Shown here: one piece after another, positions 13,560-26,095 of the stretch
Layout: each line of letters opens with the position of its first letter
How positions within the stretch are numbered: position 1 is the first letter of the stretch
Assembly (NCBI GenBank): GCA_043228905.1
Contig: JBHGNT010000103.1
Span: 22,885-86,884, forward strand
Source: Azolla caroliniana
Taxonomy: Eukaryota; Plantae; Polypodiophyta
Direction: 5' to 3'
DNA length: 64,000 bases
Translations under genes and position numbers: made by a program
Notes under the pieces: generated by a model
Seen by the model: the letters and a program-made list of their open reading frames with translations, nothing else
What the model was told of the DNA's origin: nothing
The model's database searches: none

Positions 13560-15229
13560 AAGGAGAGATTCACAAGACAAGGTGAGCACTTCACAAGTGT
13601 TCCCCATTGTTTTTCTTTTTAAGGAGGTTCTTTGCTTGGACTAGTCTCATGGAGGACCCGGTCCAAGGCACAAATGGTATTCACAAGATCTTATGTGTTC
13701 GTTCTTTCACACACTTCTAATACAAACAAAACGTTATACCCCCAAGGCCCACACCCCCTTTACACTTTCTAATCCAAAGCAAGACTAGTCCTAGTCTTCC
13801 ATTTGAACACATTGGTGCTACCACTTGCTCTTTCCCTTTGTACCCATCATCAATTTGTGTTTTTGTTGCTTGAATGCTACGGTTGATGTGATTCTCCACA
13901 TGCCTCTCATCATCCAATTATTTGCACCATTGCAATTCCCGTTCGATGTTGCCTCGTTGTTAGAAACCTCCACCTTCAAAATGCCCCTCTCACTTGGTCT
14001 CAAACCTAAACCCATTCTCTGTCGTGGCAATGAATAGAACCTTGTGAGAGCACAAGGAATGGTCATCCTACAATTGTTGACATGAAAATACATCCCAATG
14101 GAGAATTGTGTGTTGAGTATGCAAAAATCATCGTGAACATCCCATAAGGCAACATGAGGAAAGGTCTTCCTTCACTTCCAAATTGTGTTTATTAAGCGTA
14201 CATTTCTCCGGGAATGATTAATAGGTGGTTATGCTATATCATTAACGTGGGGATAGGAAAATGTAAACTTGGTCTCGTGACTTGTCAACTTACAAAATTC
14301 TTTTGCACATGGAATGTTGTTATGCGATTTCAAATTTCACATGTCACCATCCTTTCTTAGAAACTCCGTCTCTCTCTCTCTCTTGATTATTTGTCAATGT
14401 CCTAGTTAAAGTATGTTTCTTGACACTCAAAGACTGTAGCAACAAAGAGAGGTGTCACCACCCTTGAAATATAAGTGAACCATGGATGTTATCTTTAAGA
14501 TTGAATCTATAAATCTTTGATGTAGGATGTCCAAACAAATAAAACTTACAAAGATCTAGAAGTAAGTTATCCAAAGATCTTACTCATTTTATAGATCAAA
14601 TGACATTCCATGAACCATCTCTTGATATAATTTAGAGTCAAATTAGTGTGATGGGACTCATGCATATAAAAGCATTTACATCTAGTGATAAATCAATTAA
14701 TTGTGACTTCCACATGTTACCAAATACATAGAATACTTGAAGAAGAAGATTATTCGTATTGAATCCCTAAAACATGTGAGGGATAATATTTGAAGAAGAA
14801 GAATATTCATATTGAATCCCTATAACATGTGGGGGATATCAATGACTAATTATAGAGTATTTAGGTATAAATAATTTTTACATGAAGATAACTAAATGTT
14901 CACATTGAAGCACTTTCATTTTTCTGTGATACCATGGTATTTTCTTGGCAACTTCTTTACAATGTATCATTTCATTTTGAGAATCCTAGAATTGAAAGTT
15001 TTATTTAAGGTTATATTTGAGGAGCATTTGCAAGCATAATTGGAAGGCTTTTTTTATGTTTACAACAATTTGGATGTTTTAACTTTTAACTATGCTTTAG
15101 TAACTCATGTCTCTTCCATTTTGTATAATATACACTAATTAATTTATAGAACACAATAGGTCACATTGTGCTTTGCAAGAATGAGTACTAATACTCTATA
15201 TGTATATGTTCGACAAATTGTTAAAATGC

Positions 15230-16400
15230 TTCCCTCCCTCTATTTTTGTTTAATGTCTTTTTTAATCCCTCCACCTTCCACTTAATTTTCATTCTACCCC
15301 TCCTTATTTAGTACTAATTCTCCCGCTACCCTTCCCCTTTTCCCTTCTATTTTGTCTCACTCTAACCTCCTATTTCTCCCCCTGTGTTTTAATTCATTTA
15401 GTTACTTTTTCACTCTATCCCTCCCTTTTCCTTTCAAAATTTTCCTCCTACCCTTCCCCCTTGCTTATCTAATTTTTCACTTCACCCCTCCCCCCTATTG
15501 ATTTCTAAAATTCACTCTACCCCTCTTTTTCTAAAATTCATTCTACCCTCCTTTGACTTCTACCTTTTTACGTTCTACCCTTCCTTTCTCTTTTCTAAAT
15601 TGTACTCTACCCCTCTCTCTCTCTTTCACTAATTTCCCTCTACCCCTACCCACTTGACATCTAACTCCTATTTCAACTCCCTCTCCCTTTTCAATTTTTT
15701 AATTTTCTCGTTTTACCCACCCTCCCGCTAGTTTTCCTATTCCCACTCTACGCCTCCCTCTTTCACTAACTCTATTCTACCCCCTCGCCCCTTATTTCTA
15801 ATTTTTACCCCTCCTCCTTTGTTTCTTCTAAATGTCACTTTAACCTCCCCTCTTTAACTTTAATTTCATTCTACCCCTCAAACTTCTCTAAATTTTTCTT
15901 CCTACTCTTGCCCCTTTTTCTAAATTTCAATCTACCCCTCCCCCTTCTTTTTTCTAGATTTTCACTTATACCCATCCCTCCTATTTTTCTGTGATCACCC
16001 TACCCCTCCCACCTCGTTCCCAATTATTACTTTACCCCTCCCTCTTTCAGTAATTTTATTCTACCCATCGCAACTTATTTCTAATTTTTGTTTCCTACCC
16101 TTCCCTACTTATTTCTAATTTTATTTCCTAACCCTCCCCCTTTCATTCTTCTAAATCTCACTCTACCCTTTCCTCCAATTTAATTTCCATGTCACTTCCT
16201 ACCCCTCCCCCCTTACTTCTAAATGCATGCTCTCTGCCCCTCCCCTCTCATACCCCATCCTTTTTTCAAAGATCTCTATAAAATCTTTCCCTACCCACCA
16301 CTATACATCACCCTCCCTAACTCCCACATCACACATTTTCAAATAACCCCATAAAATGTTTTACCCCCCCACCAAATCCATCACCCCCGTGAACTCCCAC
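15230..16400. repeat. Degenerate pyrimidine-rich tandem array (~30-35 bp unit, e.g. TTCTAAATTTCACTCTACCCCTCCCC)
   Basis: Dozens of recurring (T)CTACCC(C)TC cores alternating with TCTAA(A)TTT. Almost no G on the + strand. Confidence 0.85.
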
Positions 16401-16634
16401 ATCATAAAATTTGAAACCTCTCTCTCTCTCTCTCTCTTATCCCTTATATTCCCTATATAAACCCCTCAAATTCTACACGGTCGTGTGCACTGATGAATTC
16501 CTTAGGAGCGAAACTAGTTTGCCACATTGACCATTTATTTGTATTACCTTTTAAGTTTCTTAATATGAATTGGTTTTTAGTGTATCTCTCTCTCTCTCTA
16601 AACTTTGTATATATATTTCTCTCTCATCTTTGTA

Positions 16635-16668
<34 letters not shown>

Positions 16669-16769
16669 TTGTGTTCTTTAGCTAACACTCTCCCTCTCAC
16701 ATACACCCACCGATTGTATACAACTCGCACTTCTTGCATCATCCTCATGGTCTAAAACTCGCAATGCAT

Positions 16770-19700
16770 GTAATCCATGTAATGTATGATAGTTGTTTGG
16801 TGCACGTGTGCTACATGTGATGCATGATATCCTGTACTGGTTTTCGAGGGTATTGTCCAGTACCAACACCAAGTCTCCTTCTTGGATCTTTCATGAATGT
16901 AGTCTTTTCAGTTTGTCAAATCTTGCTTTGTTCTTGACCCAAGCTTCCTTAAGCTTCTTAGTGCTCAACCTTTTCTACATGTTCTATTTGACATTGTAGT
17001 TGTTGGATTCAAATAGCCAGCAAGTCTTCTCTACTCATTTCTGACTTCCATGAGAGCACCGCACATGTAGAGATTTTCTCTTCAATTGGCCAATTGTATG
17101 TGGTCTTGTCAGCCCACAACCCATATTGGAAGACCTTCGGTACTCTACCTTTGCATGCCTTTGCAAGTGCCTTGACTATTGGGCCATGTCCTCTTTCTAT
17201 CTTCCCATTCATCTTAGGATTATATGAAATTGTCAATGATAGCCGAATTCCAATCTTTCGGCTTCGTCAGAATTGGGCTCGCCACTATCGGCCATTATCT
17301 TTCCTATACACCCACACCTATACACTATATCCTCAAGTATAAATGACATATTGTTGACGTGGCCTTTGATCTTAGTGTTGTCAGGAACAGTACTAAGACA
17401 GAGAAGGAATTAGTACTAAACGAAGGATTAGTACTATGAGAGGTGTAGAACTTCTTTGAGAGAAGGAAGAAGTGAGCGAGACGGAGAGAAAGAGAGAGAT
17501 CGAGAGAGGGAGAGAGTGATGATAAGAAAGATATGTATTATGTGAAGAGAATATACAATGGTGGCTAAAAGGCTTAAGACTGGCATTGAACCAATTTGGT
17601 TCAACATAATGCCTAGTGCCCTCTTTTATAGTGTTTTCAGGAGTAATCCTAAAGCTTCTAGAATGTTCCAGAGAAATCTGGAATATACATTAATTTCCTA
17701 TAGTAAAATGTAAATGAAAATAATATCCTACGTATTACAATAGATGATCTAATGGTCAAGAGCTCGACCCATATACCTAAGGTCATGGGTTCGAGTCTTG
17801 CCATATCATGACACTATCTTCCCTTTAAAACAACGAGTGTCACGAGTCGTCTTGGATTGAGGACCCGGTTTGTGTGGATATTAACGATGGAAGTCTTCAA
17901 GAAGAGCACGAGCATTCGTCACATTCTCAATCGGTTCCCAAGTACGTTCGTTGGGACTATAGCCTAGCCAATCGACTAGATAGCAGAGCTTGTTGCGAAC
18001 AATCTTGGAATCAAGGATGGCGGCAACCTCGTACTCCGGCCCATCTTCAAGCTCGATCGGGGGTGGAGGTTGTATAAGACGTCCTGGGATGGTGCTCTCG
18101 TGATAGGGTTCAAGGAGAGAACTATGAAACACCGGATGTATCCGAAGTTGAGGAGGTAGATCGAGACGAAAAGCGACATCATTAATCTTTTTGATAATAC
18201 GGAAAGGACCTAATCACCGATAATCCAACTTCTCACATGGGCAAGTAGTCTTGATGTGTCGTCCTAGCAGCCACACCCGATCTCCAATATTAAAACTGGA
18301 TGGAAGTCGATGACGATCCGCGTAGACCTTGTGTGTTTGTTGAGCTTGTTGGAGATGAGTAGATAAATCCGCTTGTATCTTGCGTAACCGCTCCAAACGA
18401 TCCTCCGCGCATGGATTTGTGGACACCTCTAGGTTTTCAAGTACACTCCACCAGGGGTGACATCCCGTATAAGCATAAAATGGCGTAACTTTAGTGGATG
18501 CGTGGATAGAGTTGTTATAGGCAAATTCGGCGAACTGGAGAATATTTGCCCAGTCATCCTGATGATAGTTGAGAAAGCACCGCAGATACTGCTCCAACGT
18601 TTGATTTGTTCGTTCAGCTTGGCCATCGGTTTGTGGGTGGTAGCCGGAGGAGAGGTTACAAGTGACCTTGAGCATGTTAAAAAGGTGCTTCCAGAATTTT
18701 GACACGAACTGGGGTCCACGGTCACTGATGATACTATCGGGAAGTCCATGATGCCGACATACTTCACACATGGCAATTTCGGCAGTGTCTTCACTGGAGA
18801 TCTCCTTAGTACATGGCAAGAAATGAGCCATCTTCGTATATCGATCGACCACCATTAGAATCGCATTGAACCCCTTAGAGACTGGAAGATCTGTGATGAA
18901 GTCTAGAGCAATGGATAGCCTTGGCATATGGATGATGCCTTGGCATTTTCGCTTTGCAGCATGTATCACAAGTCCGAACAAAATCCTCGACAAATTGTCG
19001 CATACAAGGTCACCAGAATGATCGTTGTACTAAATCTAATGTTTTAGTACTACCAAAATGCCCAGTTGTATATGTGTCATGACAGTTTTGTACTACTCGA
19101 AGGTGGCAAGAACCATTAGGAACATACAAAAGTTCTTTAAAGAAGAGTTGTATTTTCATTTCTGACTTCCATGAGAGCACCGCACATGTAGAGATTTTCT
19201 CTTCAATTGGCCAATTGTATGTGGTCTTGTCAGCCCACAACCCATATTGGAAGACCTTCGGTACTCTACCTTTGCATGCCTTTGCAAGTGCCTTGACTAT
19301 TGGACCATGTCCTCTTTCTATCTTCCCATTCATCTTAGGATTATATGAAATTGTCAATGATAGCCGAATTCCAATCTTTCGGCTTCGTCAGAATTGGGCT
19401 CGTCTCTATCGGCCATTATCTTTCCTACACACCCACACCTATACACTATATCCTCAAGTATAAATGACATATTGTTGACGTGGCCTTTGATCTTAGTGTT
19501 GTCAGGAATAGTACTAAGACAGAGAAGGAATTAGTACTAAACAAAGGATTAGTACTATGAGAGGTGTAGAACTTCTTTGAGAGAAGGAAGAAGTGAGCGA
19601 GACGGAGAGAAAGAGAGAGATCGAGAGAGGGAGAGAGTGATGATAAGAAAGATATGTATTATGTGAAGAGAATATACAATGGTGGCTAAAAGGCTTAAGA

Positions 19701-22215
19701 CTGGCGTGGAACCAATTTGGTTCAACATAATGCCTAGTGCCCTCTTTTATAGTGTTTTCAGGAGTAATCCTAAAGCTTCTAGAATGTTCCAGAGAAATCT
19801 GGAATATACATTAATTTCCTATAGTAAAATGTAAATGAAAATAATATCCTACGTATTACAATAGATGATCTAATGGTCAAGAGCTTTACCCATATAACCT
19901 AAGGTCATGGGTTCGAGTCTTGCCATATCATGACAAGTGCTCCCCCTTCTACCTGATTTGTAAGTCTTCTTTGGCTAGCACAAAGAACCTCTTCTAACTT
20001 GCCCCCATCGGCATTGCTATTATATCCACAATCCACTTGTAGTGTACACCCGACAAGTAAGTTGGGTGCAACTCATGCCTATACTTAATATTGGAGTAGA
20101 ATTGACACATTGGGTGTGTTTCCACATACCTCTTGATTTCATTGCAGAATCTCGGCCACCGATATCTTTCCTTTATTTTGCTAAATGTTGCCCAGACTCC
20201 ACGATGTCCAACCCACTCCCTATCATGCAACTACTTTAATATCTGCTCCCGTTGCACTTGGTCATAGATAACCTGCTGGATTTCCCATTTTACACTTAGG
20301 GTGCTCACACAGATATCCATCATGTAAGAAGAATTGGTGAGCCTTCCTTCAAAAGTTCAAGATGTTCCTCCCACTCCACGTTCCTTCTTTCCATGGTGCT
20401 TGTAGATACTTCATCACATTTTTCTTCCTTAAACTCTTGTTCTTCATGTGGCTCACCCCTTCTAATTGTGTTTATGGCTAAATTTCAATGCTCTTCTTCT
20501 TCATTATCTGATTCTGCTACTTGCTCTAGACACCATATCAACTATTGCATTCTTTTCTCTAGATATATGTCGAAACTCGAGGTTGATGGATTTTATGTAG
20601 AAACACCACCTAAGCATCGCTTGATTTGGAATATCCTAAATTGCAATAATTCTGAGAACTAGTAAAAAATCTATCTCTACAATCACTCTTGCACCAATTA
20701 GATAGTCCATATCTGTCTTGATGGCAGTTACTATCTCCCAAAGATTTCTCTTCACTTGCACATACTTTCGCTGACACCCAATGAGCACTTTTCCACCGAA
20801 TCAAATTGGATGTCTTCCGCCTTTCTCATCTTGCTAACTTATCATCCACCCGATCCCAATTGGACTGGAATAGACCGTGACGATTAGTGGTTGGGTGTAG
20901 TCGGGTTGTTTGAAAGCAAGAGCTTTAGCTAGACTCTCCTTCAATCTTCTAACTACATAGGAGTGTTCTTTTGTCCACTCAAACACTTCACCTTTTCTTA
21001 ATAGTTGGTACCTGGATATGATATGTAGGCCTAGTGTGGAATCCACCTACAATAGAAGACACATGCACCCAAGAACCTCCAAACCTCAGATCCCAATGAG
21101 ACTCGAATCAACTGTGACGATCAATATTTGGGTGTAGTTTGGTTGTTTGAAAGCAAGAGCTTTAGCTAGATTCTCCTTCAGTCTTCTAACTGCATTGGAG
21201 TGTTCTTTTGTCCACTCAAACACTTCACCTTTTCTTAATAGTTGGTACACTATATATGATATGTGGGCATAGTGTGGAATAAACCTACAATAGAAGACAC
21301 AAGCGCCCAAGAACCTCCAAACCTCACATACAGAATTGCAATCCTCCTTTGTATTCTGTATTGCATTGATCTTTGCTAGTGTCGGTTTTCTTCCGTATGG
21401 CTTATACACATGCCCTACCGCTAGTACCTACCGAACCCCAAACATTGATTTTGGAGCCGAAATTGTCATGTGTACTTCCTCTAGTCTCAAAAGCACCTTA
21501 TCACAATCCTATATGTGATACCTAATGAACTTCTGACATCCAACACTATCCAACTCTTCATTCTTCATTCTTTCCTCACATCCTTTGATTTGAATATTAT
21601 CCAAGACAGGCATGGTTATGTGAGGGATAAAATCTTGGAGAACTTTGTGCATATTGTTTATCATGTGAGCAACCCAGTTGGTCTCATCTTGAGGTAAGGT
21701 GCACATCTGAAGTAATCCGATTGGAGTCCTAATGGAGGTGATATCTTAGCTACTAACCGCAAATTGGAATTTATCGTAGCCAAAGTCGAGATCACCCATC
21801 GAGTAGATCGCCCTCCCAACAAACATCTCAGCAAAGTCATCTACTATCGGCTCCATTGTTGAATTTTGGATGATGACTCGATTCACTGAATGCATGTCTT
21901 GGATGAATTGAAGCTGCCCATCCTTCTTCTACACCGTAAACCATATACTTGAGTATGGAGCATTAGATGGTTTCAAGATGCCCATTTTCACATTTTCCTT
22001 TAGAAACTCAATTAGTTGCAGTATCCTCACTCTTGGCACTGAATCAACTTTGAATTCCACTGAACGTGTGGGATTACGAAGATGATCATCAGTTCAACCA
22101 CTTTCAGATCCACACATCCAATTTTTTGGGATTGAAGGAGAATGCTTTCTCGTGTTGCCCTAGAATCTTCTTGAATTTTGCTTCTTCCATAGACGATAGA
22201 CAATCATCCCCTCTA
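16770..22215 (-). mobile_element. Decayed relative of the 25159-32555 Gypsy family (LTR scrap, INT, RH, RT), interrupted by a chromovirus
   Basis: MCTLPQDETNWVAHM, HDREWVGHRGVWATFSKIKE and NGKIERGHGPIVKALAKAC match the intact copy. An internal ~238-bp tandem duplication lies at about 20852-21327. Confidence 0.9.
17379..19935 (-). mobile_element. Tcn1-type chromovirus remnant: LTR 17379-17813, PPT, chromodomain-INT, LTR 19500-19935
   Basis: Near-identical TGTCAGG...CATGACA LTRs. PPT (+ strand CTATCTTCCCTTTAAAA) at 17814. INT IALDFITDLP..HPQTDGQAER. Chromodomain EYEVAAILDSK..YLVDWLGYSPNERTWEP. TSD AGTGT/AGTGC. Confidence 0.92.
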
Positions 22216-25158
22216 TTGGCCGCCTCAGACGACCAAGTGGGAAAGGACGAAGCAGAGCGGGTAACACTTTTGGCACCTTCGAACTAGGAATCCTAGCTGG
22301 AGAAATTTTGCGACAAAAGGACAACGGATTTTGACTAAACCCTTACTCGGGACCCACGCCCCCGAATCCATTCAGAAACTCCACGGAGTTAGTGGTTAAA
22401 GACATCGACCTCCCTGCCAAATCAACCTCTGGCAGCGGACCCACCCTCCATTAATATGGACCTCATTGTTCAATATTGTAATATTAGTGTAAACTATTAA
22501 TAGCCATTACCATTATGTATGAAAAAAAAATTGAAAAAGAAAAAGAAAAAGGTAGAGCTATATTTAAGGTTTTGCATGCAGGCACATAAACCAAGATAAC
22601 AAGTACTCTCTGACTTCCCACATGTGGATGACATGGCTCGAAGGATCTTGGACACTACTGTTCCCTCAGCACAAAAAGTAACCTAAGTCATCTCTCCAAC
22701 CCTGCACAACATAGAAGCTCTCCCCGCTCTTCTCTCCGCACAGGTAGCTCCTCTGCCCAGCCTGACCCTGAGTCAGCCATGACTATCGACATCTCTCGAC
22801 TCTACTTTAGCTTTCTGATTTCAGTTTGATTGCTCCTTGCAATCAACATGTCATCGAAGTATAGGAACAGATAGATCCGGGACTCGTCCGCCAGTTGCCG
22901 AGTATATAAACATGGGTCGGAGTCGGACCGGTTGTAGCCGAGTTGTCGGATGTAGGAATCGAACTTCTGGTACCACAACCTCGACGCTTGTTTTAAGCCG
23001 TATAGGCTTTTCTTCAATCGATATACGAGGTGACTTTCCTCCCCCGTCGCCGAGAAGCCTGTTGGTTGAGACATGTAAATGTCTTCATTCAGATCTCCAT
23101 GTAGGAATGTCGTTTTTACGTCTAGTTGCTTGAGAGAGGTCATCTTGACTACTGGCAATAATATTTCGTTGTAGTCAATCCCATGTTCTTGCTTGAATCC
23201 CTTCGCGACGAGCCGAGCTTTGTATTTGGGCTTTTCCGAGTCAGATCCATATTTGTGTCTAAATACTCACTTGCAAAGCAACGACTTTCTTCCAACTGGT
23301 AGTTCGACTAGCTCCCATGTATTGTTTTGATGGATCGAGTCCATCTTGGATCTCATGGCTTGTATCCATGTATTGGCGTCTGGTGCGGCTATAGCTTCTT
23401 CATATGTGATTGGTTCACCTGCATCAGTGTAGTTGACGTAGTCAAGGCCCAATTGATGGAACTCTGTTGGACTTCAGGCTCGTCCACATCTCCTGAGTGC
23501 CGATTTATTCGGTTCAATTCCTTCATGTTGGTTTGACAGTCTTCAGGAGTCCTGTTGGATGACTCGTCCTTGTGATAGGATCTTGATGATGTCGAGTCGT
23601 CCTCCCCTGTTTTGGGATTGATTGACTTGGAGGTAGGGGATTTAGATGACTTGGATTTGTTTTTCCCTTTGGTGTTTCAGTCGGGTCAACTCTGTCTCTT
23701 TTGACTCTGTCATTTCTGGCTCGCACCTTGTTTACTTTTCCTTTGTCGACTCTTGTCTATTCGACTTTGTCTTCGAGTTTGACTAGTGGACCTACTACCG
23801 ATTCGGAGTCGACAAGTGTATTGTTGGCTTGGTCGAGTTCAACTGTTTGTCAAATCTCTAATTCGGTTTGGTGGGTCGGTCTTTCTACGATATCTCTATG
23901 GATTTCGAAGGAGACCTTTTTACCAACTATTTTCTACTAGTTCCTCTTCGAGAGAATGGAGTCTTCATTGAAGACTATGTCACTACTCCGGATCAATTTC
24001 TGGATCTTTGGGTCCCATAGCTTGTTGCCGAATTCCCCATCGGTTCCATAACCGAGAAATATGCATTTCGTTGCATGGGGTGCCAACTTGGTCCTTTTCT
24101 CCCTCGGGATGAATGTGTAGGCTTCGCATCCGAATATATGGAGCCTATCATAGGTTGGCTGTTTGGCTGACCATAGTGCTTGTGGCACTTCGAGCCTGAT
24201 TTCTTTTGACGACGATAGATTGATCAAATATACTTTCGCCTGCAATGCTTCGGCACAAAATTCCAACTTTAGTCTGTCTTGTTGGAGCATTGCCATCACC
24301 CTCTCCTGGATCGTTCGGTTGATCCATTCTACATGGGTGTGTATGGAACGGTCTTTTGATGTTTGATTCCTTTGTCGAACAGGTATTGTTTGAAGGCTCG
24401 GGAGGTGTATTCACCTCCGTTGTCGGATCAGAGTGTCTTCACTTTGTGTCCTGACTGGTTCTCCACTTCAGCTATGCACCGAATAAAGAATTCGAGCGCT
24501 TCATCTTTGGACCTAATTGAGTAGGCCCAGACCTTCCGTGTACAGTCATCTACAAATGTGACGAAGTACCAGGAGTCACCTAGTGATCGCTCAGGCATAA
24601 GCCCACATATATCTGTGTGAACGAGCTCTAGGGGTTGTCGCACCATCTCATAGTGGAGAGAGTGCGAACTTCATGTATGTTTCCCATATCGACAATGCTT
24701 GCAGAAGTCCGTCTTTGCTTGGAGTTTCGGAATGTAGTCAACCGCCATCAGCCGATTGAGTCCGTCTTGAGACATATGGCCGAGTCAGCCATGCCATAGG
24801 TTCGGGTCGGTCTTTTCGGCCACGTTCACGGCCCCTTCTAGATTGATCACCATCATTGGATACAAGGTGTTGTACTTGCATGTGCTTCCTATTTTCAGAT
24901 TTCCACGATTGATCATCCATGTTGACTCATTGAGAGTCGTTCAATACCCTTCTTCGGCTAACATGCCGATGGAGACCAGACTCCTTTTTAGTGCCAATAC
25001 ATGTCAAACTTGGTGCAGGATTATCGTGTTGCCATTCAACAATTGGATTGGTACATCGCCAACTCCAACAATTTTGCATTCCTACTCATTGCCTAGTCGA
25101 ACTGTGCCGCTGGCTCCGACCGAATAGTTCAAAAACCATTCAATATTAGGGGTCACGT

Positions 25159-26057
25159 TGTCGGGGTAGTTGTGGTTCGTGCGGCAAAGTCGCGGGGACT
25201 AAGGTTAAGGGGAGTTGAAGGAACTTAACTTTTAATAAGGCTTGTATGGTGATGATAGAATGGTTAAGGATAGTAAGAAGAAGAGTTACGAGTAATGTGT
25301 GTGTGTGTGAGAGAGAGAGACAAGCATAGATAAAAGATAGAGACAATGTATGATTCAAGAAAGAAGATTGAGACAAAGTATGATTCAAGGAACAAGAGTA
25401 TATGATATAAACATGATGTATATTAAAAATATAATATTTTACCAACTTTACAATCCTTGACCGCAAACTGAACACATTCTCTATCGACCCTTGATTTGAA
25501 CCCACGACCTCAACTTCGAAACGAGAGGTTCTCCACCCAATGAGCTAGTCTTCTTTAATTGATTGTATTATTTTCTCACTCTCTCTTGATTCCCCCCCTT
25601 GTTTACCCTTTCCCCTCTTTATATAAGTGTTGCCATGCATATGGTAATGTATGGGAGCATGGCATGCATGCAATGCATGAGTTACATGTAATGCATGATC
25701 GCCATTTGGCACACATGCATTGCATGTGATGAATGATGGCTATGTATGAAAATAAATATGGGATAAGTATAATGATGAAAATGCATTCTAAAATAACTAA
25801 CCTAGCTTAGTGGTGTATGCTTGGTGCTTGGTATACAAGGTTGAGGGTTCAAGTCCCTCAATTTTACTTAATACAATATATAGCTTCATTCTTATATCAT
25901 GAAGCACATTTATTACACACTTTTACAAATAAATAGCCTAGCCTAGTGGTATGTACATTGTATATTGTATATAAGGATGTGCGTTCAAGTCTCTCAAATA
26001 TTATTAAATACAACATTTAAGCTCATTTTTATATCGTGAAGCACATTCTTCACGACA
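25159..26057 (-). repeat. 3' LTR (899 bp)
   Basis: TGTCG...CGACA, direct repeat of 31657-32555. TATATAAAG on the minus strand near 25620. Confidence 0.97.
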
Positions 26058-26095
26058 CCCACCCCCTCTGAACTTGCACATTGGTTGTGTAGAGT

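Noticed and set aside
13466-13594. 43-aa N-terminal extension of PAL in the ORF track
   Set aside because: Starts at a non-ATG codon and translates (CT)/(CA) microsatellite leader; ATG 13465 has a good context (ACCATGG).
14738-14838. ~52-bp direct duplication upstream of PAL (similar ones at ~7440-7540 and ~9889-9958)
   Set aside because: Ordinary local tandem duplications with no further structure.
25146-25505. 119-aa ORF repeated at 31647-32003
   Set aside because: Lies inside the LTRs, is low-complexity, and is duplicated only because the LTR is.
25801-25860. Functional tRNA gene
   Set aside because: A/B boxes and T-arm are present, but there is no acceptor stem or canonical anticodon arm; reported as a tRNA-like cassette only.
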